NCBI GenBank assembly: GCA_000934665.2 | Contig: JYFJ02004042.1 | Coordinates: 1 to 35,398 of the forward strand | DNA: 35,398 bases | Direction of reading: 5' to 3' | DNA from: Catajapyx aquilonaris | Taxonomy: Eukaryota | Shown here: positions 1-11,857 of the stretch, one piece after another | Layout of the letters: the number at the start of each line of letters is the position of its first letter | Numbering within the stretch: the stretch's first letter is position 1 | Notes under the pieces: generated by a model | Seen by the model: only the letters and a program-made list of their open reading frames with translations | What the model was told of the DNA's origin: nothing | The model's database searches: none | Position numbers and translations under genes: made by a program

Positions 1-1251
1 ACTCACTAATTCTCTCACCCTGAAAATGCAACCACTCAAGATGTGGGGAAAAGGAAAAGGGCTTGCCTACATAGAGTACAGTTCTGTTTAAAGGGGAGCC
101 TAGCCGAAATTTTGAAGGCCTTAAAATGAGCCCTTGGCGAATATTGTTTTTGGTTAGTAAAAGAGGTCAAAACCCAATGAACATAATTACGTACATCAAA
201 AGACGGAGGAAGACGAGGAGAATGCAACAATATAATTAGCTTTACTCGAATATGTAACCAGAAAACCGTGTGTCATTCCATCGGTCACATACCTCATAAT
301 TTGGGCCCCCTAAAATTAGTGATGAATCTGCAAAACATCCCTCATATTTTACCTGGTTTCAAATTGAACATAACCTTAAACCTTAGAGCTTATGGTGGTC
401 AAAACTCATGTCACGAAATATGACTGAAGTTACGCAAACACATCACTAATAATTATCGGAGTCCAAGTTCTTGGACATGTGACTGAGCATGTGATGAATA
501 TAGAACGAATGGTACACGTTTTTCTGCTTACATTTTTGAGGAGAATGTGTTAATTTCATAGTTCCATTTTCTAGTCTTTTTACTTCATTTGTTTACTGGG
601 TTTTGACCAATTCCACTAACCGAAAATGTTCTTCCAAAAAATGCCTCAATTTAGCAATTTCCCAAATTCGCGAATTTATCCCTCTTCACGGTATTGAGCA
701 ATATGGACGAAACTTTATATTTAGCATTATGGAATGGTTGTGCACTTCTGTGTATATTTCCACCAAAATCCGAGAGGGTCAAGCAATGTTTCGTCCCACT
801 TGATTCGGAATGACCCCAAGATTTTTTCGAGGACTTCGGTTCTTTGACAGCCACAATTAACGTTGAAGACAAAATTCAGACAGAGTGATAGGTCATTATG
901 AGTTACCATGACCTAAGGAACATAGGGCTACAAATGGCGATTAATTTCCAAGAACAAAAATGCTGATTTTTGTTACATATTGTAATTATTATAAATGCCC
1001 CCTGTCGGGCATTAAAACCCCTAATTAATTAAGATACTATGTGTGCAAGAGGAGCCATGACATTGCAATAGTAGGGGCTCGGTTCCCCAACACCCTATTT
1101 GTGTGCATTTATAGCCCTTTTCCTCTTTTCCACATCTCGACTGGCTGCATTTCCAGGGTGTGCATATTGTTCTGTGCTTGTGCAAGTGAAATCAGTTGGC
1201 TACCTACTGGCGCATCTCATTGACTGACTTTTTACATTTTATGTCGTTATA

Positions 1252-1332
1252 AGAGCTTGTCTGAGGCCCGGGGCAGGATCATGTTAGAGGCCCCCTCTAA
1301 CATGATCCTGCCCCGGGCCTCAGATAAGCTCT
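1252..1332. repeat. Near-perfect hairpin (39-bp arms, 3-nt loop)
   Basis: 1252-1290 AGAGCTTGTCTGAGGCCCGGGGCAGGATCATGTTAGAGG is the reverse complement of 1294-1332 with one G.T mismatch; loop CCC. Confidence 0.9.
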
Positions 1333-1852
1333 GCAGGGCCCTGCTTACTAATCTTACAAACATCCCCCCTCCCCCTGCCTAACGAAAATCCTGCGTGAGC
1401 CATTGTCATAAGACTCATAAGTCATAACCATCTCACTTGCACTCATATTTCGCTGTCGTATGCAACCGTATCTCGCTACTGTAAACGCGGTGTTGCCACT
1501 TACTTCCTCGCCTGAGGCAATGTAATGTAATTGGAGAGTTTTTCGTCGATAACAATTTAAATACCATGGCAAGGTGTCATTTTCTTTTCAGAATTACTCT
1601 CTATACATTATTCCTCATATTTTAATCATTTTAATTTAAAGGTCTTAAATATCTAAGATACTTTCCAGGAAAGTTTTTATTCCCCATAAGCCTCAGTGTT
1701 AATTGGAAACTTCCGAGTCACCCTGTGAGCTAATTTGCATGGGAAGGGGTAGTTTTTTTTGGTGCCATTGGGAAGAAGACCTCTTAAACTATGACGTGTG
1801 TAACTTTCATGGAGTTGTTAGATAGTGACCTGTAGGTTCATATCCACCTTAA

Positions 1853-2562
1853 AGGGACACTCCACTCAAAACACAAGTTGGCCCCCAAAAATCTGGCAAA
1901 AAAATACGATTCCAACGACACCGATAATTATTTTTTCCGATGAACGATGAGCCCAGGGGAACCGGTTAATTATGCGTATTTTGGCGATACGGTTGCAACC
2001 GTATGCTACTGTACACGACACCCTCGCCGCCTGGCGGCAGGAATGGGAAATGGAGGCGATGCCTGGCTCTGCCCGCGAATTCAAACCGGAACGTATTCGA
2101 ACCGTATGCAACTGTTCACGACACCTGCGCCACCTATCGGCAGGAATTGAAAAATAGGGAGGTCATGCCGAGAATCCAGGGCCGGCGGCCGCAGGGGAGG
2201 TGCGAGGGCGCCGGGATGGACTCTACCTGTGCCGGCCTCCGAAACATCGGGTGCACTTACACACCCGACCTCATTAGTGACCTTTCTGTGGTCCGCCATC
2301 CTTCTCATCAGGTTCGGCTCGAAAGCGCTCGAAGCTGGCGCGTTTGTGTGGCCTCGCGCGGCAGTTGTTTGTTGAGCACCGCCTCTACTTCTCCGGTTTG
2401 CCGCGAGATGCTGTAGTATCGCGCTTCTTAGCAGACGACGTGTGTAGATATATGATTTTCCGTGTTACCGTTGGGCGTAGAAAAAAACCGATTGCACATT
2501 CGGAATCAGGATTTTTTGGCCGATTTTTGGGGGCCAACTTGTATTTTGAGTGGAGTGTCCCT
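1853..2562. mobile_element. Kolobok-type non-autonomous DNA transposon (MITE), family A copy 1
   Basis: TTAA (1849-1852)|AGGGACACTCCACTCAAAA... and ...TTTTGAGTGGAGTGTCCCT|TTAA (2563-2566). TTAA TSD with AG..CT termini is the Kolobok signature. A related copy lies at 17525-17941. Confidence 0.8.
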
Positions 2563-2565
2563 TTA

Positions 2566-2896
2566 AGGCTCATTCACACGAGCGACCCTTGGCCAGGAAT
2601 TCCTGGCCAATACGGAAACGTGGCCAGCGGCTGGCCAGGAATCTAGAGTAACAGTTCACACGAGCGACGTTGTTGGGGGACAAGTGAGCATCGCGAGGCG
2701 CTTGGGAGTGCCGCTACTGCGCATCATGGTGGAAAGTGCGCATGCATTACTCCTGGCAGAGAAGCTCAGCCACCTTTTCCTGGCTCGGGTGGCGACCTTC
2801 CCTTCCTGGCCGAACCTGGCCACTAGCGTGTAAACGGGCTTGGCGACTTTTGGCCAGGGAACTTCCTGGCCGAAGGTCGCTCGTGTGAATGCGCCT
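2566..2896. mobile_element. PIF/Harbinger-like MITE
   Basis: TIRs AGGCTCATTCACACGAGCGACC...GGTCGCTCGTGTGAATGCGCCT; flanks TTA/TTT (imperfect 3-bp TSD). Confidence 0.65.
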
Positions 2897-3161
2897 TTTG
2901 TCAGTAGGTTCATAAGGCTGATGACTTTTAACCTGAAGACCCTGCAAACAATGTCATACGTACCTATCGAAAGACTTCTGATTAGGCATTAGCACATCTT
3001 TTATGTCACTCCACTTTGGATTGCATGTTAAGTTGATGAAACGGTCATACTTCCTGACATACGCCGCACAGTGTTTGATATAAGACAAAACACGATCGAA
3101 AATGATAGCTCCTCAACTAAACCGTGTAAGTGCGTAAAAAACACATTTCCCCATGTTTTAG

Positions 3162-3352
3162 GGGTCGCTGATTACGATTTTAAGGTTATTTTGAACCTGG
3201 ACATACAGGGTGTACCAAATGTCGCCATGGAATTCAAGAACTTTTAGAAAAAAACACAATAAGTAGGTGTAAATAACAATTCCCGATGCTTTCGCGGTCA
3301 CTGATTATGATTTCAAGGTTATTTTGAACCAAGACCTACAGGGTGTACCGAA
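3162..3352. repeat. Diverged direct repeat (~133-bp spacing), probably TE-internal
   Basis: GGTCGCTGATTACGATTTTAAGGTTATTTTGAACC...TACAGGGTGTACC recurs as GGTCACTGATTATGATTTCAAGGTTATTTTGAACC...TACAGGGTGTACC. Confidence 0.6.
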
Positions 3353-3657
3353 AACACTGTCGAATTTAATAACTTGTAGGATAAATGGTATAAATGATCG
3401 CAAATAATGTTCTTAATTAATTGAGAGGATTACAAATAGAATTAAATCGTTTATTTATTTACTAATTATTTTTAATTTTTATGAAATAAAATTTAACAAA
3501 TAGTTTGATTTTTTTGGTGTTCGTTTGATAAATCCTATCCTGAAAAAGCGCCGACACGCAACGACATCATGAAATTGCTGGTATGGTGACCTTCAGGATG
3601 TATGGTAACTAGAAAATCATAATTCAGCTGCTAATATCTGCTAGCCGCAATGTCAGA

Positions 3658-3730
<73 letters not shown>

Positions 3731-3985
3731 TAATAATAATAATAATAATTCATACCCCGTTATCAGCCATCGGCTCTTTAGGGGGGAAGTTTGTTTTGTC
3801 TCGAACTCTTTGCTTTTCATTTTACTGCGCTCGTTGGGATAGGATAGGGACGGAAGGAAGCGGCTGTGGCCTGTTAATTACAGAAACAACTCCGGAATTC
3901 TCCTGGAAGGACCGTGGGAAACCACAGAAAACCACGATAAGAGTTACCGGCCACGGGATTCGAACCCAGGACCTCCCGATTAGCA
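3658..3985 (-). mobile_element. tRNA-derived SINE (5'-truncated) with (ATT)n tail
   Basis: B-box GGTTCGAATCC on minus (plus GGATTCGAACC ~3957-3967); body GGAAGGAAGCGGCTGTGGCC...GGGAAACCACAGAAAACC resembles SINEs I recall from polyneopteran insects; (AAT)n run 3658-3750. Confidence 0.7.
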
Positions 3986-4730
3986 GATTGGGGGTGGGGT
4001 GGGGGTGGGGAAGAATTTTCCGCCCAAAAAATGTGCAAAATTATTTAAAAATCGCTCATGCGTGATCTTGGTGTCTATTTCGCATGAATCAGACCCGCTA
4101 AATACGATGACGCTGTTTAAAATGCCATCCGAGAGAGGAGGTTTGAAATTCAGAGCTCCCGCCATCTAGGATGCGTTTGAGGAAGCTCCCAGGGGGCGAG
4201 GGCCACGCCACCGCATCATAAATCCGGAATTTTCTTAACATTCGGTATCCAGACTCAAAAAAGTGCAGTTTTCGGACTTTTCCCGGAATCAGATGCACGT
4301 AATTTCAGCGCTCTCAGAGGTGTGGAAGTGCGTTAGGTAGGCGGGACATACATGAGGACAAAGATACTGCTTTATATATAGAGATGATTTAAAAATACTA
4401 GGCAAGTAATCAGGTTGCAACCCATGTGTCATGGACCAATTTGGATATGGGAAAACATATGCAGGGAAATAAGAGTCTCTGGCAATTCCGCCCCCCCCCC
4501 CCCACACACACACACACACAAAACTCCCCTAGTGACATCATTGTTTGCATCTCCATTTGGGTCAGAATGAATGAAATCACATGGTTCGCCTCGTGGCATG
4601 ATGTCATAGATTGGGCTAACCATTTCAAGCCCCTGTTTTTCGGTGGGTTTTTCCCCCTCCAATGCAGAATTTCACCTTTGTGATGTTGAGTAATTTTTCA
4701 CCCATGGATATTACATTATGGCATACATAT

Positions 4731-5677
4731 GAGGGGTGCTCTTCCATAACGAGGTAAGTGCCAAAAATGAAATTTTACAGGGGAAGGTTTTTTCAATTTT
4801 GTGAGGAAACGTGTACCTTGAGGACTACAATTTTTATTTAAAAAACCATACAACAATACTAACCAAAATAACGCTTCAAATTATGCTTGTCTTAAAACGT
4901 ATAGTAGGAAAAAATTTGCAAAAAAAGAAAAAGTTCCAAAACGAGGCAAGTGCCACATCGGATTGTAACCAAAACGAGGCGCGCCACATTGGGTTGCAAT
5001 GAGAATCAGTATGTTAACTTAATACGCAAGTTGAAAGAGAGTTGAAAAAAGCGTGAAAGAGCTTCTCTAGTGTCTTGTAGCAAGTGAGTGATGGCATTTA
5101 CATGATACCTGTAATGGTTTAATTTTTATATTAGTGGCTATAACCGTGGCATACAAAATTGCTGTTCATGCATTGTTGTTGTGGAATCATGCGACCTCTT
5201 ATTTATATTTTGTCAATATTTTATAAAAGTGTGGAGGATGATACTAATTATGTAACAGAGGAATAAAACATGGAGCGCTCTGGCCACACCTGCGCTGGGG
5301 GTGGCTTTGCCTTTCTTTCCTCTCCCGTCGTAGCAGTGTAACTTGTGCCAGTATTGCGGTGCTTCTTCCGAATGTTTTTCTCCCCATTTCTCTGGATTGG
5401 AGCGTTTCTTCGGACGTCCTGTTGTCCCTTTCTCAGTGGCAGATGAGGCCGCAGTTGAGGCAATGTCCTCCGTGATCTCTCTTGGCAAATTGCCTCGTTC
5501 TAACCCGTTGTATGAGTGATGGCTGAAAACTTTCAGTATCGATACTTTCGGAACGGAGGCTCGAATAGGACAGCCACGTTTTTAGGGCAACTGCAGGGTG
5601 GCATTTGCCATGAGAAAACACAAAAAAATGATTTTCCGCAAAAATGGCACTTACCACGTTATGGAAGAGCACCCCTC
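4731..5677 (-). mobile_element. Sola-superfamily (probably Sola1) non-autonomous element
   Basis: ATAT|GAGGGGTGCTCTTCCATAACG...CGTTATGGAAGAGCACCCCTC|ATAT: 4-bp AWWT TSD, ~33-bp TIR. Internal frameshifted minus-strand peptide RPKKRSNPEKW..NIRKKHRNTGTSY..TGEERKAK resembles a Sola1 transposase N-terminus. Confidence 0.7.
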
Positions 5678-6029
5678 ATATGTCTTTCTCCCACTAAATT
5701 TAACAATACAAATACTGAGCTGAAATAAACATATGATTTAAGAAAATCATATGCAGGATAATGTTGGAATCACTGACAAAGAAACACCAAAGAACTTATT
5801 TTAAAATTTCAAATAATAAAGATCCTTATGTCATGAATTAAGACTAATACTGGTACAGGACAAGCAGCAATGCTTGAATCACCATTCCCTAAGAACAACA
5901 ACAAAAACCACAAACATGGCAGTTCCACAATGTTTTTGTTATCTTACATTCTAAAAGCAACACCGAACTTTCCCCCCTACTCAGGTCCCCCTTACAGTCA
6001 CTCTCTTTCTAGCTTCTGATACAACCTAC

Positions 6030-6572
6030 CTCATTGTTCTTTCATAGCAGTGCAGACCTGAACGGGACTCAGGTGGCTTCTTGTAGAGTTCAAAGGCGCT
6101 GCCTCTTTGTTCCCGATTAACCAAGTCAAGTCCACTTGGTTCATGTTTGTATGCAGATGGTGGAACATTATAATAGCACTGGTTACGTGTTTGCCCACTT
6201 TTCTTGGTGTAAGACTGGACGTAGCTTTCACGATCCAAACTACTCCCATGACCTGAATCACCCCGTTCCTCCTCCACTCGCCCATTCTTCTGGTGAATAC
6301 CCTTCCCTTCACCTCCCATGGAGTACGATTTGGCATGATAATAGTCATTAGGACCCATCCTGTTACCTGCCGATCCCTCACTCATTTTGCTTTCTGAACA
6401 TAATCTCATTTCATGAGATGAATCCTTCCCACTCACTGCTCCATGCTTCCAGTAGTTGTTGAAAGGGGAGGATTTCTGGTGCTGTGATGGTCTGTAATTC
6501 TTTGGTTTTGGAGGCGGAACAGGTTTGTAGTTTGCAGTCTTTGGAGGTGGAACAGGTTTGTAGGTTGTGTGC
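6030..6572 (-). CDS. pyd: Coding exon of polychaetoid/ZO-1-like tight junction protein (C-terminal proline-rich region)
   Basis: Acceptor TTTTCCTTCCCAG with upstream branch-like TACTGAC; donor AG|GTAGGT at 6029. Open frame HTTYKPVPPPKTANYKPVPPPKPKNYRP...GLDLVNREQRGSAFELYKKP, motifs I recall from insect ZO-1; phase matches the preceding exon. Confidence 0.8.
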
Positions 6573-6640
6573 CTGGGAAGGAAAATGTTTTGTCAGTAAT
6601 TCCTTCCAACATGTAACGTTGTCAATGGAACAGCACTTAC

Positions 6641-6840
6641 TTGAGCTTGTTTGGTGAATCCTTAATTTTGTCGACATTGGCTTGAGGAACAGGTTGAGCA
6701 GTGGAGCGAGTGAAACGATATGGGTCATGCTGAGTTCCTGGAGATGACATCACTTGCAATGTGCGTGACTTGAGGTCATCGTGTGCATTGGGTCCAAGCC
6801 GATTATATGAATCATACGATGATGCGCTCTCATAACCACC
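6641..6840 (-). CDS. pyd: Coding exon of polychaetoid/ZO-1-like protein
   Basis: Acceptor TTTCGGTTAAG, donor AA|GTAAGT, 68-nt intron (6573-6640) to the next exon. Translates GGYESASSYDSYNRLGPNAHDDLK...HDPYRFTRSTAQP...NKLK. Not in the supplied ORF track in this frame. Confidence 0.8.
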
Positions 6841-7009
6841 CTTAACCGAAATGGAAAAAAATTGTAAATTTCTTATCTACATCCTCAATATTAACACACA
6901 TTACACTCAACACAGTAGGCTACTGGTAACATGTCAATGAAAATACTCTAATATTTCACATAAAGTTTTGTAAGGTTAAAATATATTACCATATAAAAGC
7001 TTACATGTA

Positions 7010-7874
7010 CGAGGGTCATTCCAAAATAAGTTTCCCTTCGCGATTATTTCTGGAAGTATTGTACATATTTGGAATTTTTTTTTACTGTCAGCAGGTAGAG
7101 GGCATTATTCTGCATGGGTGAGCCAAATTTGGTCTTCCTCGTACACTCCGCACATGCACAGGAGTAAGTGGAAGAAAGCGACTTTCATGACAAGCGTGAC
7201 CACTCCATAAGTGGGTCAAAGCCAAGGGGGTAACCACTTCGGTACTCCGGTGTACACCTGCGAGTGGTACTCCCAGGTACTCCTCAGGTACCTCACTCTT
7301 TATTACTCCTTGGTACTCCTTGAATTTGGTACTCCAGTGTAGGCCTACACTTTTCAGTCGAGTGATTACCCCCTTGGTCAAAGCTCGTCGATGAAAGATG
7401 AAGTGAGGGTGGTTATCAGCTAATCAGCATGTTCCACGTCATCTTCCAGACAACTGTAACCAGAGAGTGACCCATCGGTCAGCGCGAATAATGGCTTCCA
7501 TACATTCGACGTTCACCTTAGTTGTTGAAGTCTACGTCCTTCCAGGCCGTTGCTCCTCTGCCACACTGTCATGGCAATTTGCTGCGGGTTACTGTCTGGT
7601 CACAGTCGTCTGAATGATGCTGTGGAACTCACCGATAACCGCCACCAGTTCATCGTTCGTCCATGTCTTTTTGACTCAATGGAATGGGCATGCTCGGCGC
7701 GAAAGTCGCTTACTCCTGCGTATACACGGAGTGCACGAGAAAGACCATTTGGCTCACCCATGCATAATAATGCCCTCTACCTGCTGACGGTAAAAATAAT
7801 TCCCCATAGCCTACTGTATGTACAATACTTTCGGAAACAATCGTGAGGGATACTTATTTTCGGAACGACCCTCG
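7010..7874. mobile_element. Tc1/mariner-type MITE
   Basis: TA|CGAGGGTCATTCCAAAATAAGT...ACTTATTTTCGGAACGACCCTCG|TA; inverted similarity extends ~120 bp inward. Confidence 0.8.
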
Positions 7875-8997
7875 TATATTGAGGTTCAGGAGATTTCTTT
7901 GGTAGGAGGTGAAAAAGCTTGACTAAAGATGACCCTGCCAACTTAAGACCGCAAATTTCCGAAGTTCCCTAATCATATTATACTAGTATAGATCCACACA
8001 AACACTGTAGTGGGCGTGTTCTGCAAAAATAATCCAAGGACATCAAGATGCTTGAATGGAAGCTTAAGACCATGTGTAAAGGTCCATGTATCTCCAAGGC
8101 TTCCTATGCCATCACTGAATATTCCTAGGATGTGGCACCATCAAAGACCACTCATAGGATGGTGAAGTACAGCAGGGGACAGAATTTGCCTTCCTGCCAA
8201 TTAATTCTTTAGCATCACGGAATTGGCACATGCATGAAAACTGGAAAATAATACTGTGTTTCACTAGGTAGCCCCTACAAAGAATCTGCGGAATCAGCTA
8301 TATTTTTCTACCCACTCTACCTAGACACATCTGTAATATTAAATCCTTCAGACAATGACCTAGTCCTCTGATTGGTCCGCCGTCTATTGTTGCTGCCACA
8401 ACTTCCTATTGGCCCGCATTCAACGCATGCACAGTGGGTGTAGGCAGTGCCTCTGGTGGGTGGGAGGAGAAACTGCTCATTCGATTGCTATAATACTCGC
8501 CATTGAGTTCACTTTGCTCTCTCCTCACCCCAACACCCAGTCCCTGCCCTATCCGCCCCTTGCCCCATCCCCTCTCCCCACTCCCTTCTGTTACATCCAC
8601 CCGCACCCACACATCCCCCTGATCAAACGTTCCAAACAGTCCAACCCGTGAGCTCACTTCGCGAATTCCAGCCATTCCGTCCCAGGATACAGAACAAAAC
8701 AGTATAGAACAGGTACAGGTCTCTGTCCGGCTTGGGGTAGCAGATTATGGTTGTTGGACCCATAGGCCAGGGTATATAGAAGGAAGGGTAGAGCCATAAC
8801 GGATCGGGCCAATTATAGCGCAGCAGTATGTGACGTCACCGGGATGACAAAATTTCCCGCCAATTATGAAAGACAGGCTCTGGGCATGGGGAAACGGGCT
8901 TGTGCCCGCTTGTGCCTGCGATTAGAGACTGAAACTCAGGTGATGTGCTATTGTACGATGTATTCTGATTGAAGGGAATGTGCTCAGTACTCACCTC

Positions 8998-9529
8998 TCA
9001 CTGTCGCCCACCACCTGGGCGCAAATGAAGGCCGGATTGGACCCACTTCCGAGCCTTCTTTGCGTCGCCTCGCCTCGCCGCTGCCCGTTTCTTCGCTCCT
9101 GCATTCAGATGGCGAATGCGAATGAATGTCCTGGTCCTGGAGTACAGCCTGATCACTTCACGGTGGATGCTGGGGAACTTCTTTTGCAGCAATTGGCGAA
9201 GCAACAGAATCACACGCTGTTCTTTTGAGGCGAAATTGCCGTGAATAGTCCAGAACACCACCTCAAATTGTCGCACAGTTTCCAGCCACCATTCATTAGG
9301 TTGGTATAAGCCCCCCTTTGAAATCACGTCAAGCCAAGTGTCGCGAGGTTTGGACCCACTCTGTTGACTGGTTCTTATGCCGAGTGTTATTTGATCTACT
9401 TTTTTTGCTCGGAAAGCGATATAACCAGCAAGGTATCTCATGCCTTCGTTGGAGCAATCCTTTTCTTTGCGGCCAAGAGGCGTAACTACCTCTACTGAGC
9501 CATTGGTGATATCACTGGAGTCTGATACT
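8998..9529 (-). pseudogene. Inverted copy of a P/THAP9-type transposase C-terminus
   Basis: ORF 8998-9441 YLAGYIAF...SKGGLYQP...RTRTFIRIRHLN differs from the plus-strand copy at four residues. Confidence 0.8.
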
Positions 9530-10278
9530 CTGCTCTGCTTCTGCTCGGAGTCAACGCTGCCGATGTCCCCCTGAGCGCATCAGTTAGTGCACCAAATGAC
9601 GAAGCGATGGAGGATTCAGGGCCTTTGCTGACTGGTAAAGTGCTCCGATGTGGTGTAGACCCCAATTTGATTGTAACAATTGAGGCTGAGGAAGAAAATC
9701 GTAGCTTCTTTCAGGTGGACGACACAGCTAAAGAGTTGGGCATCACAGTATCAGACTCCAGTGATATCACCAATGACTCAGTGGAGGTAGTTACGCCTCT
9801 TGGCCGCAAAGAAAAGGATTGCTCCAACGAAGGCATGAGATACCTTGCTGGTTATATCGCTTTCCGAGCAAGAAAAGTAGATCAAATAACACTCGGCATA
9901 AGAACCAGTCAACAGAGTGGGTCCAAACCTCGCGACACTTGGCTTGACGTGATTTCAAAGGGGGGCTTATACCAACCTAATGAATGGTGGCTGGAAACTG
10001 TGCGACAATTTGAGGTGGTGTTCTGGACTATTCACGGCAATTTCGCCTCAAAAGAACAGCGCGTGATTCTGTTGCTTCGCCAATTGCTGCAAAAGAAGTC
10101 CCCCAGCATCCACCCTGAAGTGATCAGGCTGTACTCCAGGACCAGGACATTTATTCGCATTCGCCATCTGAATGCAGGAGCGAAGAAACGGGCAGCGGCG
10201 AGGCGAGGAGACGCAAAGAAGGCTCGGAAGTGGGTCCAATCCGGCCTTCATTTGCGCCCAGGTGGTGGGCGACGGTGA
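9530..10278 (+). pseudogene. P/THAP9-type transposase C-terminal fragment (catalytic core missing)
   Basis: In-frame LLLLGVN upstream of ORF 9607-10278; motifs YLAGYIA, W...SKGGL..P and RTRTFIRIR.LN are typical of the P transposase C-terminal domain. Confidence 0.8.
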
Positions 10279-11165
10279 GAGGTGAGTACTGAGCACATTC
10301 CCTTCAATCAGAATACATCGTACAATAGCACATCACCTGAGTTTCAGTCTCTAATCGCAGGCACAAGCGGGCACAAGCCCGTTTCCCCATGCCCAGAGTC
10401 TGTCTTTCATAATTGGCGGGAAATTTTGTCACCCCGGTGACGTCACATACTGCTGCGCTATAATTGGCCCGATCCGTTATGGCGCTACCTGTAGGCTTCT
10501 ATATACTTTGCCATAGGCGTCACTATTTGCTAAGTCAGCTGCAATCCACCACCACAGGTCGCAGGCCTAGAAGCAAGTGAGGGAAGCCAGTGGCTACCTA
10601 CTCTCGGATTTTTAAGTACTGGCTCTGTTTGACTCTAAATAACTACCAGGAAAATGCTAAAAAAAATAACGTTATACATCGTTAGAAAGTTTGTTTAAAT
10701 CTACGTAACATATATGCGAGTTGATTACCTATCTTCATTGTGTAATTGTTTATCGCAACAAGAACACGTGAAAGTGTCATTTTTTTGACTAGTTCCCGAC
10801 GTTACGCCGTAAAATGAATTTTTTGCATGACACTTCTCCGAGGGTAAAAAATTCCCCCTGTGAACCCTGGATAGTATAAATCTTTGTCTATGTAATGATA
10901 TATTTGAAACTTAGAAATCGCCATTTGTGTAATCATAATTAAGTTAATTGCACACCTCTGTTATCTCGGCCGTTTATAATCCGAATTACTTCGCGAATGT
11001 ATCGACCGCAAGCCAGAAATGTGCGTGATAAGATTACACCTTGCTCTATTACACTAAAATTTTTAAAAGTATTGTTTTAGTACGTTTAATAGAAAAGTAC
11101 CTAGCCCGCTTTCTGGCGGGAATAGACGGTGATACTTTTAACTACGTTTAAAATTTTTGGTGTAA

Positions 11166-11680
11166 AGGCCCGTTTACACGACGACTTTCCTACGTAAAGT
11201 AGGGACGGAGAGCCAATCAGAGCGCTCCCTGCTCCTACTTGGCTAACGGCCCTACTTTTCTACGTTTGTACTTTCGGATCGCCTACATCCCAGATCTGCG
11301 TAAAGTAACCACGTAAGCCCCGCCCTCTGGCAGCATGGTCGCACCCGTGCACTTGCGGAGTTTCCCAAACTCCTGTCCATTTGCGGATATATCGTGCACC
11401 GTCGTGCACCCGCCACCTCCGTGTTGCCTAGCACGACGACGACGACGACAGTGGAGGGGCAGGAGGTGTAAAATCCGGTGCCGATTCAGCTAGGCCGGAA
11501 GAAAGCCGCTTTGCTACTAAACACTGCCAACGGCCCAGCAGCTTGGCTACTACCGGCCCACTTCCATAAGTACGAACCACGTACGAACGTTAGCAAAGTG
11601 GCCGTGCGGAGGGTAGGGACTTGCGTTAGGAAAGTTGCGTAAAGTACAAACGTTAGGAAAGTCATCGTGTAAACGGGCCT
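11166..11680. mobile_element. PIF/Harbinger-like MITE
   Basis: TAA|AGGCCCGTTTACACGACGACTTTCCT...AGGAAAGTCATCGTGTAAACGGGCCT|TAA; exact 3-bp TAA TSD. Confidence 0.85.
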
Positions 11681-11789
11681 TAATAGAGTACGGTGTAATT
11701 TTATCACGCACATTTGTATCTTGCACATCGATACATTGCGAAGTAATTCGGATGAGAAACGGCTGAGATAACTGAGGTATGCAATTAAC

Positions 11790-11857
<68 letters not shown>

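Larger units (their letters stand above)
8768..10510. mobile_element. P-element-superfamily foldback (Galileo-like) non-autonomous element
   Basis: 8-bp TSD CCATAGGC (8760-8767, 10511-10518); termini CA...TG; inverted arms 8768-9529 and 9747-10510 around a 217-bp spacer. Confidence 0.88.

Noticed and set aside
88..1030. Possible further Kolobok-type element starting TTAA|AGGGGAGCC, with similarity to ~34975-35035
   Set aside because: No matching right terminus or TSD found; too degraded to call.
6411..6728. 105-aa minus-strand ORF
   Set aside because: Wrong frame and crosses the 68-nt intron; the spliced frame gives the conserved motifs.
8406..8675. 89-aa minus-strand ORF inside the long intron
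   Set aside because: Low-complexity purine-rich sequence without recognisable motifs or convincing splice sites.
9607..10278. Domesticated THAP9-like gene
   Set aside because: Lacks THAP and catalytic domains and sits inside a TSD-flanked element; the open frame is explained by youth.
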